A stretch of DNA of 63,889 bases, the filler included, from an uncultured bacterium (lineage in GTDB: Bacteria; CAZSTA01): NCBI GenBank assembly GCA_964609495.1. It is 10 parts of 10 records of this genome, joined end to end, with 100 filler letters (N's around TTAATTAATTAA, not from the genome) between each part and the next. Parts side by side here need not be neighbours in the genome. Positions count along the whole stretch, not along the records: positions 19,659 to 26,009 come from CAZSTA010000205.1; positions 26,110 to 32,402 come from CAZSTA010000206.1; 8 more parts are not named here. The stretch is one strand, 5' to 3'. Both the position numbers and the translations under genes were made by a program. Below the pieces are notes generated by a model. It did not search any database, was not told the DNA's origin, and saw only the letters and a program-made list of their open reading frames with translations. Each line of letters begins with the position of its first letter. Positions within the stretch are counted from its first letter, which is position 1. Below are positions 20,046-30,349 of the stretch, piece by piece.

Positions 20046-22004
20046 ATGAAGAGAAGTTTATTATTTATTAGTTGCTTGGCAGTCATCCTGATTGTATCCT
20101 CGGTAGTATTAGCGAAGGAGGGTCCTATAGTTACCTTTACTGGAGCGGAAACTGGTCCTCTGCCAGAGAAGTTCAATGAAGCACCGATGTTAGCTGAACT
20201 AGTAGAGGCAGGAGTGCTTCCTCCTGTGGAGGAGAGATTGCCAGAAGAACCACTAGTAATTAAACCAATAGAGGGGATTGGACAGTATGGAGGGATATTA
20301 CATTCAGCATCTTTGGGACCACGGCAATTTTGGGGATTGGCGCATGGAACGGTTGAGATGTATATGTTCCAAGTGGATAACACCGCCTCAAAGATAGTTC
20401 CCGATATAGCTAGAGCTTATGACCTTTCCGAGGATAAAAAGACTTTAACTATATACCTAAGAAAGGGAATGAAGTGGTCGGATGGTCATCCCTTTACCAC
20501 TGAGGATATAATTTACTGTTGGGAAGATGAAGCTAACAATGAAGAACTTTCTCCCGCGGGTCCTTCTAGTCGGTGGAAGGTAGCAGGGGAGTTCCCGGAA
20601 TTTGAGAAGGTGGATGACTATACTTTGCGTATCCATTTCCCCAAACCATTCCCATCTGTCCTCGGTTTGATTAGTAATTATCCAACTAAACAGACAGATT
20701 TATTCGATCCCAAGCATTACCTAAAGAAGTGGCATATAAAGTATAACCCCGATGCCGATAAGCTGGCAAAAGAAGAGGGTTATGATCATTGGTGGCAAGC
20801 ATACGCGTATCATAGAACAGCCATGACAGGACAGCAGGATCTTGATCTCCCAGTTGTTGGTCCTTGGATGCTAAAGGAAGCTACCCTAACTGCGAGAGTA
20901 TATGAGCGAAATCCTTACTTCTATGCGGTAGATACCGCGGGAAATCAGCTCCCCTATATCGATCAGGAGGTTATTCATACCGTAGCGAATGAGGAAGCAG
21001 TTAATATGAAGACGATAGCCGGGGAGATGAGCTTCAGTGGGTTTATGTTAAAGATGGAGAACTACACTCTCTATAAGGAGAATGAGGAGATCGGTGACTA
21101 CCATGTTCGGACGTGGCAGAGTCCTGTAGCTTCCGAGATCCAGTATGCCTTCAACCTAAATCACAAGGATTCTGTTCTGAGGGGGATCTTCCAGGATGTT
21201 AGATTCCGTCAGGCGATGTCCTTAGCGATCAATCGGGATGAGATTAATGAGGTTACCTATTTAGGAATGGCTACACCTTGTCAATCCACAGTTACTCCTA
21301 CTTGTAGTTTCTACAAGGAGGAGTGGGGAGAATACTATGCTCAATACGATCCTGATAAAGCTAATGAGCTCTTAGATGAGGTGGGACTTAAGTGGGATGC
21401 CGAGCATAAGTATCGTCTAAGACCCGATGGCAAACCCTTAAGCGTAATCATTGAGATGGTTGAGGGAGCAGGACTAAAAGGGATGTTGAAGAATTGTGAG
21501 TTAACGAAAGAATATTGGGAGGATGTCGGAGTTAAGACAGATCTTAAGACAGTGGAGCGTTCGCTACATTTTACACGAAAAAATGCGGGTGAACTTGATG
21601 TAGGTATGTGGTGCTCAGACCGTATGGAGGAACTTCGTTGTTATATACCTCGTTTTACAAAGTTTAACCCTTCTGGTGATATGGGCTATGCAATCCAGTG
21701 GGCTAAGTGGCGTGATACTGAGGGAGAGGAAGGAGAAGAGCCACCCGCGGAATGGATAGAGCAATGGGAGAGGATGGATGAGTGGTATACTGCGGCGACT
21801 GATGAAGAATATCAACGATTAGCTGGGGAGGTATGGGGTTTCTTCTCCAAGCAATTGGTTTTTATCGGGACCGTAGGTTACACGGCAGTGCCTGTGGTGG
21901 TAAAGAATGACTTAAAGAACGTTCCAGAAGTAGCGAATTTCGGTGATGGTCCGAATTGGTCAAAGTCTATCCTGCCAATGCAGTGGTATTTCGAGCAGGA
22001 ATAA
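20046..22004 (+). CDS. ABC transporter solute-binding protein, family 5 (copy 1)
   Basis: Start MKRSLL after AAAGGAGG; signal peptide; EAPMLAELV...LPPVEERLP, GQYGG, LRKGMKWSDG, RFRQAMSLAINRDEI. Confidence 0.92.
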   Translation: MKRSLLFISCLAVILIVSSVVLAKEGPIVTFTGAETGPLPEKFNEAPMLAELVEAGVLPPVEERLPEEPLVIKPIEGIGQYGGILHSASLGPRQFWGLAHGTVEMYMFQVDNTASKIVPDIARAYDLSEDKKTLTIYLRKGMKWSDGHPFTTEDIIYCWEDEANNEELSPAGPSSRWKVAGEFPEFEKVDDYTLRIHFPKPFPSVLGLISNYPTKQTDLFDPKHYLKKWHIKYNPDADKLAKEEGYDHWWQAYAYHRTAMTGQQDLDLPVVGPWMLKEATLTARVYERNPYFYAVDTAGNQLPYIDQEVIHTVANEEAVNMKTIAGEMSFSGFMLKMENYTLYKENEEIGDYHVRTWQSPVASEIQYAFNLNHKDSVLRGIFQDVRFRQAMSLAINRDEINEVTYLGMATPCQSTVTPTCSFYKEEWGEYYAQYDPDKANELLDEVGLKWDAEHKYRLRPDGKPLSVIIEMVEGAGLKGMLKNCELTKEYWEDVGVKTDLKTVERSLHFTRKNAGELDVGMWCSDRMEELRCYIPRFTKFNPSGDMGYAIQWAKWRDTEGEEGEEPPAEWIEQWERMDEWYTAATDEEYQRLAGEVWGFFSKQLVFIGTVGYTAVPVVVKNDLKNVPEVANFGDGPNWSKSILPMQWYFEQE

Positions 22005-22013
22005 TAGAACGAT

Positions 22014-22058
22014 AGGGGTTTTGCCTGTCTTTCAGGTAAAACCCCTTACTCCTTTATT
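22014..22058 (+). terminator. stem-loop after SBP copy 1; duplicated at ~25987-26009
   Basis: AGGGGTTTTGCCTG-TCTTT-CAGGTAAAACCCCT followed by a weak T-rich tail. Confidence 0.6.
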
Positions 22059-22103
22059 ATAAGAACTATAGTTTCGCATTTTTGGGGATATGAAAGGGGA
22101 AAA

Positions 22104-23840
22104 ATGTATCTTGTAAAAGATGAGAGGCCACAAAGTGTGATAATTTTGAGTCGAGATTATGAGGATTCGGAGTATAGAGCGGCTGTGATACTACAAAACA
22201 GGTTAGCTAAAAGGGCAAAGGTAGAGATAGAGATCGGGAAAGAAGATGAAATAGAAGGGAATAGGCCTGAAATAAAGATATTACTAGGTAAAGCTAAAGA
22301 GGGCATATTCAGTGATATACTTAGAGAACCAGTGGGAATTTCTGGACAAGAAGGGTTTATTCTCAGAACCATATATAGAGATGGCTATCCTTATATCCTC
22401 TTGTTAGGAGCTGATGATAAAGGAGTATTATATGGGGTGGGTAAATTCTTAAGAAATATCGAATTTTCTGAGGGAAATATCTCCATCTCAGAGCTCAACA
22501 TTAATACTGTGCCATTTCATGAGTTACGAGGAGAATTTTTAGCTAACCATAATCAAGATGTAGCCTATAAGAATTGGCCAGTTGATCTCTGGAAAGATTA
22601 TATTGAGGAGCTTGCCCTTTGGGGTGTAAATACGATCTTTTATCTTCCCATCCAGTTTGGACAACGTAACAGTTCCATCTGGTATGGAACAGACGAGGAG
22701 AAGGCTCAGTGGGAAGTATGCGCTCAGATACCAACCATAGTCAAATCCCTGGGATTAGACGTAGGGATATATCTGGGTGCTAATGATGTGTTTGCTGATC
22801 AACTGGATGGTTTGAAAGCGGCTTTGAGAGGGCGTACAGAATCTATTTCTGTGGGTACAGAGCAAGCTCATGTCTGCCCCTCGGGAAAGAAGGAGAGAGA
22901 ATTAATATTAAAGCTTAGGGAAGAGCTATTCCAAAAGTTACCTTACATCGACTATTTATTTATTCCAAGCACGGACTATGGTGGCTGTGCTTGCGGAGAT
23001 TGTGATCCTTACGTAATTACTTACCTGAAGCTAGTTTCTGAAACAGCAGAACTTTTGTGGAAATATCATGAAAATGCCAAAGTTATCATATCTAATCAGT
23101 TTCTTACCGCCAAAGGGCAAAAGATGTTATGTGAATATTTACAAAGAGAGAGGCCAACCTGGCTTCATTATATTGCTTATGGACATGGTGCTAATGCTAT
23201 AAACTTGAAGGAGATGTTAGAGCGAGTTCCGTCTTCTTATAAGATAATATTATATCAAGATATTACAATGAGAGGCGGATGGGGAAAGAATGGTGCTACT
23301 CCATGGGTTATGGACTTCAACTATGATGTAGGAGGAGGCTCTACACTAGATTCTTGGGTTCAGGAAAGTGCTGATGGGCATCCCGAGGTTTGGAAGTTCG
23401 AGGAAGTAAAAGATAGGATATATGGTTCATTCCCCTATTCTGAAGGTATCCACGATGACATCAACAAGGTGTTGTGGTGTCAGGTGCATTGGGATCCAGG
23501 CAGAGATAGAGGGGATATCTTGAAAGAATACTGCGATTTTTATTATGGTAAAGATGTAAGTGGATCGATCATTAAAGCCGTCCTTTTGATGGAGAAAGTC
23601 TCCGACTTAGAGACTGCTCAAGAGATATTAAGTTTACTTTTGCTCGCTGAGCAAAAGATGTTTGATCTTGTTAAAGAGAGTTGGAGATGGAAGATTTTGA
23701 AGATTAGAGGGGAGAAGGATGTCCTCAATTATGGAGAGGGGATATTACCACCAGAGGAGATAAGCCAATTAAAGGGAGATGTTCAGAGCTTGGCTCAAGA
23801 AATATACCAGCTCTGTCGGCAAACGGCTCTTTGGCCGTAA
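22104..23840 (+). CDS. putative glycoside hydrolase (GH20/GH67-type zincin-like N-domain plus TIM-barrel-like domain)
   Basis: EGFILR...LLGADDKGVLYGVGKFLR N-domain motif; YIEELALWGVN; DYGGCACGDC. Confidence 0.55.
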   Translation: MYLVKDERPQSVIILSRDYEDSEYRAAVILQNRLAKRAKVEIEIGKEDEIEGNRPEIKILLGKAKEGIFSDILREPVGISGQEGFILRTIYRDGYPYILLLGADDKGVLYGVGKFLRNIEFSEGNISISELNINTVPFHELRGEFLANHNQDVAYKNWPVDLWKDYIEELALWGVNTIFYLPIQFGQRNSSIWYGTDEEKAQWEVCAQIPTIVKSLGLDVGIYLGANDVFADQLDGLKAALRGRTESISVGTEQAHVCPSGKKERELILKLREELFQKLPYIDYLFIPSTDYGGCACGDCDPYVITYLKLVSETAELLWKYHENAKVIISNQFLTAKGQKMLCEYLQRERPTWLHYIAYGHGANAINLKEMLERVPSSYKIILYQDITMRGGWGKNGATPWVMDFNYDVGGGSTLDSWVQESADGHPEVWKFEEVKDRIYGSFPYSEGIHDDINKVLWCQVHWDPGRDRGDILKEYCDFYYGKDVSGSIIKAVLLMEKVSDLETAQEILSLLLLAEQKMFDLVKESWRWKILKIRGEKDVLNYGEGILPPEEISQLKGDVQSLAQEIYQLCRQTALWP

Positions 23841-24018
23841 TAGTTTTTGCTTATGTAGGATGCTAAATAGCAGATTTTTTGGAAAATCTGCGAAAGTATA
23901 GATAAGAAGACTGCTGTATAATCATAGAGTGAAGGAGGTGATTTTTTCTGCATTAATTCAGAAGAGACGAGCAAAGATGAGATTCTCAAAAATTTATTTC
24001 ACAAAGGAGGAAAAAGGA

Positions 24019-25977
24019 GTGAAGAGAAGTTTATTACTTGTTAGTTGCTTGGCGCTCATCCTGGTTGCATCCTCAGTAGTATCAGCAGAGGAAGGTCCTA
24101 TAGTTACCTTTACGGGGATAGAGACTGGTCCGTTACCAGAGAAGTTCAATGAAGCCCCGATGCTGGCAGAAATGGTGAAAGCAGGAGTGCTTCCCCCTGT
24201 AGAGGAGAGGGTACCAGAGGAACCACTGGTAATCAAACCGGTAGAGGGGATTGGACAATATGGAGGAACGTTGCATGAATCTGCCTTAGGGCCTCGGCAA
24301 TATTGGGACCTCACACATGGTACGTGCGAGATGTATATGTGTCAAGTAGATAATACGGCTTCAATGGTGTATCCCGATATAGCAAAGGGATATGAGCTTT
24401 CTGAGGACAAAAAGACTTTGACGATCTACTTGAGAAAAGGGATGAAGTGGTCGGATGGTCAGCCCTTTACCGCCGATGATATAATGTTCTGGTGGGAAGA
24501 TGAAGCTAACAATGCGGAACTTTCCCCAGCGGGTCCTTCTAGTTGGTGGAAGATAGGGGGGGAGTTCCCGAAGTTTGAGAAGGTGGACGACTGGACCTTG
24601 CGTATATATTTTGCCGCGCCATTTCCACCTATTGCTGGGCTGATGACCAACTGGAATACTATCCAAACTCTCTTCTACGATCCCAAGCATTATCTAAAGA
24701 AGTGGCACATAAAGTATAACCCCGATGCGGATAAGCTAGCTAAAGAGGAAGGTTATGATCACTGGTGGCAAGCATACGCGTATCATAAAGGAGTTGCAGC
24801 AGGACAGCAGGATCCTAATCTTCCTGTGGTTGGTCCTTGGAGGCTGAAGGAGGTTACCCTAACTGCGAGGGTATATGAGCGAAATCCCTATTTCTATGCG
24901 GTAGATACTGCTGGAAATCAGCTCCCCTATATCGATCAACAGATCGTCCATACCGTAGCGAATGAAGAAGCGGTTAATATGAAGACGATAGCCGGGGAGA
25001 TGAGCTTCAGCGGGCAGATGTTAAAGATGGAGAATTATACTCTCTATAAGGAGAATGAGGAGAAAGGTGATTACCGTGTTCTGATGTGGAATAGCCCTGT
25101 AGCCTCCGAGATACAGTATGCCTTCAACCTGAATCACAAGGATCCAGTTCTGAGGGAGATCTTCCAGGATATCAGATTCCGCCAAGCGATGTCCCTAGCG
25201 ATCAATCGGGATGAGATTAATGAGATCGCTTATATGGGCTTAGCTACCCCTTGTCAATCCATAGTTACTCCTGATTGTAGTTTCTACAAGAAGGAATGGG
25301 GAGAATACTATGCTCAGTATGATCCCGATAAGGCTAATGGACTCTTAGATGAGATGGGTCTCAAGTGGGATGCAGAGCATAAATATCGTCTGAGACCCGA
25401 TGGCCAGCCTTTAAGCGTGATAATTGAGATGGTTGAAGGGGCAGGGCTGAGAGGAATGATACGGAACTGCGAGTTAGTGAAGGAATACTGGGAGAATGTC
25501 GGAGTTAGAACGGATCTTAAGACCATGGAGCGTTCATTGCATGGGACCCGAATAAATGCGGGTGAACTTGATGTAGGTATGTGGTGCTCAGACCGGATGG
25601 AGGAGATGCGCTGTTACATACCTGGGGCTACCAAGTTTAATCCCAGAAGTGAGATGTCTTATGCAGTCCAGTGGGGTATGTGGTTTGACACTGAAGGGGA
25701 GCAAGGAGAAGAGCCACCCGCAGAATGGAAAGCTCAGTATAAGACGATGGATAAGTGGTACACTGCTGCAACTGATGAGGAATACCAACGATTAGCTGAG
25801 GAGGTATGGGACTTCTTCTCCGAGCAACTGGTTATCATCGGAACTGTGGGTTATGCTCCCGTGCCTGTGGTGGTAAGGAATGACTTAAAGAACGTTCCAG
25901 AAGTAGCGAATTTTGGTGATGGTCCGAACTGGTCAAAGACTATCCTGCCAATGCAGTGGTATTTCGAGCAGAAATAG
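24019..25977 (+). CDS. ABC transporter solute-binding protein, family 5 (copy 2)
   Basis: GTG start (VKRSLL) after GGAGG; highly similar to 20046-22004 along the full length. Confidence 0.92.
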   Translation: MKRSLLLVSCLALILVASSVVSAEEGPIVTFTGIETGPLPEKFNEAPMLAEMVKAGVLPPVEERVPEEPLVIKPVEGIGQYGGTLHESALGPRQYWDLTHGTCEMYMCQVDNTASMVYPDIAKGYELSEDKKTLTIYLRKGMKWSDGQPFTADDIMFWWEDEANNAELSPAGPSSWWKIGGEFPKFEKVDDWTLRIYFAAPFPPIAGLMTNWNTIQTLFYDPKHYLKKWHIKYNPDADKLAKEEGYDHWWQAYAYHKGVAAGQQDPNLPVVGPWRLKEVTLTARVYERNPYFYAVDTAGNQLPYIDQQIVHTVANEEAVNMKTIAGEMSFSGQMLKMENYTLYKENEEKGDYRVLMWNSPVASEIQYAFNLNHKDPVLREIFQDIRFRQAMSLAINRDEINEIAYMGLATPCQSIVTPDCSFYKKEWGEYYAQYDPDKANGLLDEMGLKWDAEHKYRLRPDGQPLSVIIEMVEGAGLRGMIRNCELVKEYWENVGVRTDLKTMERSLHGTRINAGELDVGMWCSDRMEEMRCYIPGATKFNPRSEMSYAVQWGMWFDTEGEQGEEPPAEWKAQYKTMDKWYTAATDEEYQRLAEEVWDFFSEQLVIIGTVGYAPVPVVVRNDLKNVPEVANFGDGPNWSKTILPMQWYFEQK

Positions 25978-26202
25978 TAGAGCGATAGGGGTTTTGCCTG
26001 TCTTTCAGGNNNNNNNNNNNNNNNNNNNNNNNNNNNNNNNNNNNNNNNNNNNNTTAATTAATTAANNNNNNNNNNNNNNNNNNNNNNNNNNNNNNNNNNN
26101 NNNNNNNNNAACTTGTGATGAGTCTCATTCACCTCGACTAGGCCACAGCTCTCGCTACGAATACTCTCCTCCCTACCGCGGGGGAGGCTCCGCAATAAAT
26201 TC

Positions 26203-26544
26203 TTATCCGATAGCTTCACCCCCTGTCTCCTCCGTTCTTATCCTGATACACTCTTCTAAAGGAACTATGAATATCTTACCGTCTCCTATCTTCCCACTCT
26301 TAGCTCCCTCTATGATGGCCTCCACTGTAGGTTGAACGAAGTTATCGTTGACTGCGATCTCCAACCTGACCTTCTTCAGCAGATTTACCTCGGTCTGAAC
26401 GCCTCGATAGACCTCCACAAATCCCTTTTGCTGACCACAACCTAGGGCATTTGTAACCGACATCTTATAGACCTCTGCCGCATATAAGGCCTTCTTTACA
26501 TCATTCAACTTATGTGGCTGAATATAGGCTATAACGAGCTTCAT
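26203..26544 (-). CDS. glnK: PII nitrogen regulatory protein
   Basis: GCGQQKG..EVYRG T-loop, [16 protein letters not shown]; directly downstream of amtB. Confidence 0.93.
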   Translation of the reverse strand: MKLVIAYIQPHKLNDVKKALYAAEVYKMSVTNALGCGQQKGFVEVYRGVQTEVNLLKKVRLEIAVNDNFVQPTVEAIIEGAKSGKIGDGKIFIVPLEECIRIRTEETGGEAIG

Positions 26545-26556
26545 TGCGATCCTCCT

Positions 26557-27900
26557 CTACTCCGTAATGAATATCTGGAAACCACTATAGGATTCCATCC
26601 CATGTTCCTCGATATCGAGTCCCATCAATTCCTCCTGCCGGCTCACTCTCAACCCCACGGTATATTTGATCGCTAAGAATAAGATCATCGCGGTAGCGAA
26701 GGTCCAGGCAAAGACCGAAAGCATTCCTATTAACTGATTGAGGAAGAGCGATATACCTCCACCGAAAAAGAGTCCATTTACCGCACCTGCACCGCTAGCC
26801 GCTCCATACCTCGCCTGAGCGAAGAGCCCGACCATCAACGTTCCGAAGGCACCGCAGACTCCATGAACAGAGACCGCCCCCACTGGATCGTCGATCTTCA
26901 AAATCTTGTCGATGAATTCCACGGATAATACCACCAGTATTCCCGCCAAGAAACCGATGATAATAGCACTTAGGGGGGAGACACTCGCACAGCCAGCGGT
27001 TATGGCCACTAGTCCAGCCAAAGCACCATTGAGTGTCATGCTGGTATCTGGCTTCTTGAAGTGGAACCAGGCGGTTATCATCGCCCCGATCGCTCCAGCG
27101 GAGGCGGACAAATTCGTAGTAACTGCGATGATAGCGATGCTTAAATTAGTCCCAGCAGTCGTGCTTCCGGGGTTAAACCCGAACCAACCGAACCAGAGGA
27201 TAAATACTCCTAAAGCGGCTAGAGGAATATTATGTCCGGGGATCGCCCTAGGGATCCCATCTGAACCATATTTGCCATAACGAGGCCCTAGAACTATAGC
27301 TCCAGCTAGAGCCGCCCATCCTCCTACGGAGTGCACAACAGTTGAACCAGCAAAATCTATCATCCCCCTATTTCCTAACCATCCTCCACCCCAGATCCAG
27401 TGCCCTACCACTGGATAGATGAGGGCAGAGATGAAGATGCTATATATCAGATATCCTATGAACTTGGTTCGCTCAGCCATAGCTCCGGAGACGATAGTAG
27501 CGGCTGTCGCGGCGAAGACCACTTGAAACATCCAGTAGGCAAATTGCCATAATCCCTCTGCGGTAGTGGGATCTCCTGCACCTAAAAAGAAGCCTCCAGT
27601 CCCGAATAATCCAAGTTTATCCGCTCCGAACATCAACCCAAAACCTATCGCCCAGAAGGCGATCGAGCCTGCTGAGAAATCCATCAAATTCTTCATCATA
27701 ATATTACAGGCGTTCTTAGCTCTAGTGAATCCGGTCTCCACCATCGCGAATCCTGCTTGCATAAAGAAGACCAGGAAGGCGGCGATAAGCGTCCAAACGG
27801 TATCGATAGCTATCGTATTAGGATCAGCTTCCTGAGCGCTCGCTAACGTAGGGAGACAGATGAGTAAAGCGATTACAAGTAACGATACTCTCTTTAACAT
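26557..27900 (-). CDS. amtB: ammonium transporter
   Basis: MQAGFAMVETG, DFAGSTVVHSVGG, LWFGWFGFNPGS, IDDPVGAVSVHG. Confidence 0.97.
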   Translation of the reverse strand: MLKRVSLLVIALLICLPTLASAQEADPNTIAIDTVWTLIAAFLVFFMQAGFAMVETGFTRAKNACNIMMKNLMDFSAGSIAFWAIGFGLMFGADKLGLFGTGGFFLGAGDPTTAEGLWQFAYWMFQVVFAATAATIVSGAMAERTKFIGYLIYSIFISALIYPVVGHWIWGGGWLGNRGMIDFAGSTVVHSVGGWAALAGAIVLGPRYGKYGSDGIPRAIPGHNIPLAALGVFILWFGWFGFNPGSTTAGTNLSIAIIAVTTNLSASAGAIGAMITAWFHFKKPDTSMTLNGALAGLVAITAGCASVSPLSAIIIGFLAGILVVLSVEFIDKILKIDDPVGAVSVHGVCGAFGTLMVGLFAQARYGAASGAGAVNGLFFGGGISLFLNQLIGMLSVFAWTFATAMILFLAIKYTVGLRVSRQEELMGLDIEEHGMESYSGFQIFITE

Positions 27901-28331
27901 CCTTTCTCCTCCTTGTTCAGTTATTTACTACCGAACTTTTTTAACTTCCCTCGATCTTTGAAAAATTAATCGGATTTTGTTATCCTCAAATTCCGAGAGG
28001 GTATTAACTTTGCCCGAAGTATATCATAGTAATGTTTCAAGAATATTTCTCAAATGTTAATTGTTTGTAAACTCAAGCAAAAATCACTTGAATTTTGGCT
28101 TTAAATGTGCTATTATAAAGTTGTATTCTGAGGATATATAGAATTTCCTCCAACTTATTATTATCTTTTGAACTTAAGAATATAGCTAAATTCTATAATC
28201 AACGTCGGGTGTTTCAGAATATAAGTGCTTACGTAGAAGAGGGAAGATATCGATCGATTATTTCTGATCTTTATCTTCGTAAGCAGTGATGATGAGCAAG
28301 TATAATATAGCATTAGGGGAGAATAATCATT

Positions 28332-29333
28332 ATGAAAACTGCATTATTCTATGAGGTTTCAGATGGGAAGATAAGATGCCAGCTCTGTCCTCATAGATGT
28401 CTTATCGATCAAGATAAAGCAGGTATCTGTCGAGCGAGAAAGAATATCGATGGCAAATTATATTCCATAGCTTATGGAAGAGCCACCTCGCTAGCCTTTG
28501 ATCCGATCGAGAAGAAACCATTGTATCATTTCTACCCGGGCTCTGTAATCCTATCCTTTGGCTCTTTAGGATGTAACTTCGATTGTCAATTCTGTCAGAA
28601 TTGGCAGATCGTTCATCTCGATATCCCCACTCGCCAGATTTCTCCAGAGCAGATAGTTGAGATGGCCGAGTCGAGGATGAACAGTTCCCCAGCGAATATA
28701 GGAATAGCCTATACTTATAATGAACCCATTATAAACTATGAATATATACTGGATGCTGGGAAATTAGCCCACGAGAAGGGATTGAAGAACGTTCTAGTTA
28801 CCAATGGGTTCATAAATCCAGAACCCCTGGAGAAATTATTTGATGTAGTAGATGCTATGAATGTGGATGTGAAATCCTTCAGGGATGATTTCTACCGTAG
28901 ATGGTGCAAAGGGAGACTAGATCCAGTTTTGAAGACTTGTGAGATGGCAGTTGAGGCTGGATGTCACGTTGAGGTCACTAACCTCATCATCCCTACGCTC
29001 AACGATTCCTCGGAGGAGATAGAGATGCTGGTCGATTGGGTTGCGGAATCCTTGGGGGATAGGACTCCACTTCATTTCTCGCGCTATTATCCTCACTATA
29101 AGATGGATATTCCACCGACTAGCGCTGAAACTTTGCAGAGAGCTAGGGATATCGCCCTAAAAAAGCTTAAATATGTCTATATCGGGAATATTAGAATAGC
29201 AGGAGCGGATGACACCTATTGTCCTAACTGTGGTGCGGCAGTAATAGAAAGGCAGGGTTTCTATATCCTTCGCTATGAGTTAACGGATGGGAAGTGCAAT
29301 TATTGCGGATCTAAGATAGATATTGTATCTTAA
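28332..29333 (+). CDS. amrS: AmmeMemoRadiSam system radical SAM enzyme
   Basis: CQLCPHRC, DPIEKKPLYHFYPG, GCNFDCQFCQNW, AYTYNEP, C-terminal CPNC/CNYC. Confidence 0.92.
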   Translation: MKTALFYEVSDGKIRCQLCPHRCLIDQDKAGICRARKNIDGKLYSIAYGRATSLAFDPIEKKPLYHFYPGSVILSFGSLGCNFDCQFCQNWQIVHLDIPTRQISPEQIVEMAESRMNSSPANIGIAYTYNEPIINYEYILDAGKLAHEKGLKNVLVTNGFINPEPLEKLFDVVDAMNVDVKSFRDDFYRRWCKGRLDPVLKTCEMAVEAGCHVEVTNLIIPTLNDSSEEIEMLVDWVAESLGDRTPLHFSRYYPHYKMDIPPTSAETLQRARDIALKKLKYVYIGNIRIAGADDTYCPNCGAAVIERQGFYILRYELTDGKCNYCGSKIDIVS

Positions 29334-29346
29334 CTCTTAGTTTGAG

Positions 29347-29769
29347 ATGATTAAAACTATAAATAACTTGCTAACACAAGGGGATAAGATCCTTATAATC
29401 TCCCTGTTAATCTTAAGCTTCAGCGGAATCCTTCTAGCTCGAGTAAGGGGAGAGGAGGAGGGGGATTATGTGCTGATCGAGGCAAGGGGAGAGATAGTCA
29501 GGAGAGTGGGATTAAATGAACACCTTCGCTATGTGTTCAAGGTGGAGGGACCTCTAGGTTTCACTACTATTGAGATATATAGAGGTAAGGTTAGAGTTTT
29601 AGATTCTCCTTGTCCCTATAAGATCTGCAAGAAGATGGGTTGGATCAAGACTCCCGGACAGATGATAGTCTGTCTGCCCAATGAGGTTGTTATCACTGTT
29701 GAGAGCGAGGATATAGAGAAGTCGAGGGGAGATCACTCTTTCACTGATCTGGATGCGGTAAGTAGATGA
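29347..29769 (+). CDS. NusG domain II-containing protein (DUF1312)
   Basis: GDKILI N-terminal TM, SPCPYKIC..MGWI...GQMIVCLPN. Confidence 0.88.
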   Translation: MIKTINNLLTQGDKILIISLLILSFSGILLARVRGEEEGDYVLIEARGEIVRRVGLNEHLRYVFKVEGPLGFTTIEIYRGKVRVLDSPCPYKICKKMGWIKTPGQMIVCLPNEVVITVESEDIEKSRGDHSFTDLDAVSR

Positions 29770-30329
29770 AATCGCTCTACAAAAATAGGAGGGGTAGAGG
29801 GGAGGATTCCTCCCCCTACATAGGGAAATTAGTCGATCTATCTCTTCTAGTTACCGCGGGGCTAGCTCTATATTTAGTGGAGGCGAACATTCCTAACCCG
29901 ATCCCCTTGCCCGGAGCAAAATTGGGCCTAGCTAATCTAGTTACTCTTTTAGCTATATCTCTATTTGGATTTCAGGAGGGGATCCTCGTCGCTCTTCTAA
30001 GAGTCATCTTAAGCTCGCTCGTAACTGGAACTTTTCTCACTATCGCTTTCTTCTTAAGTCTTGCTGGGGCGATAAATAGCGCTTGCTTTATGGGCTTTCT
30101 CTACAGATATCAGCCTCGTTATTTCAGCCTAATCGGGGTAAGTGTTGCCGGGGCAGTGGCTCATAATCTAGGTCAATTTGTAGTGGCTTATCTAATCATT
30201 GGGCATCGTGGTTTATTTCTTTATTTGCCATATCTAACTTTATTTGCTCTTCCCACTGGATTCTTTAATGGATTAATAGTAACATATTTACGACAGGGAC
30301 TTATAAAAGCGGGTCTAAGCAAGCTGTGA
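29766..30329 (+). CDS. Gx transporter family protein (heptaprenyl diphosphate synthase component I-like)
   Basis: PGAKLGLAN, SLIGVSVAGAVAHNLGQ; usual partner of the NusG-II gene. Confidence 0.9.
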   Translation: MKSLYKNRRGRGEDSSPYIGKLVDLSLLVTAGLALYLVEANIPNPIPLPGAKLGLANLVTLLAISLFGFQEGILVALLRVILSSLVTGTFLTIAFFLSLAGAINSACFMGFLYRYQPRYFSLIGVSVAGAVAHNLGQFVVAYLIIGHRGLFLYLPYLTLFALPTGFFNGLIVTYLRQGLIKAGLSKL

Positions 30330-30349
30330 ATTTCTAAGGGGAAATAGAT

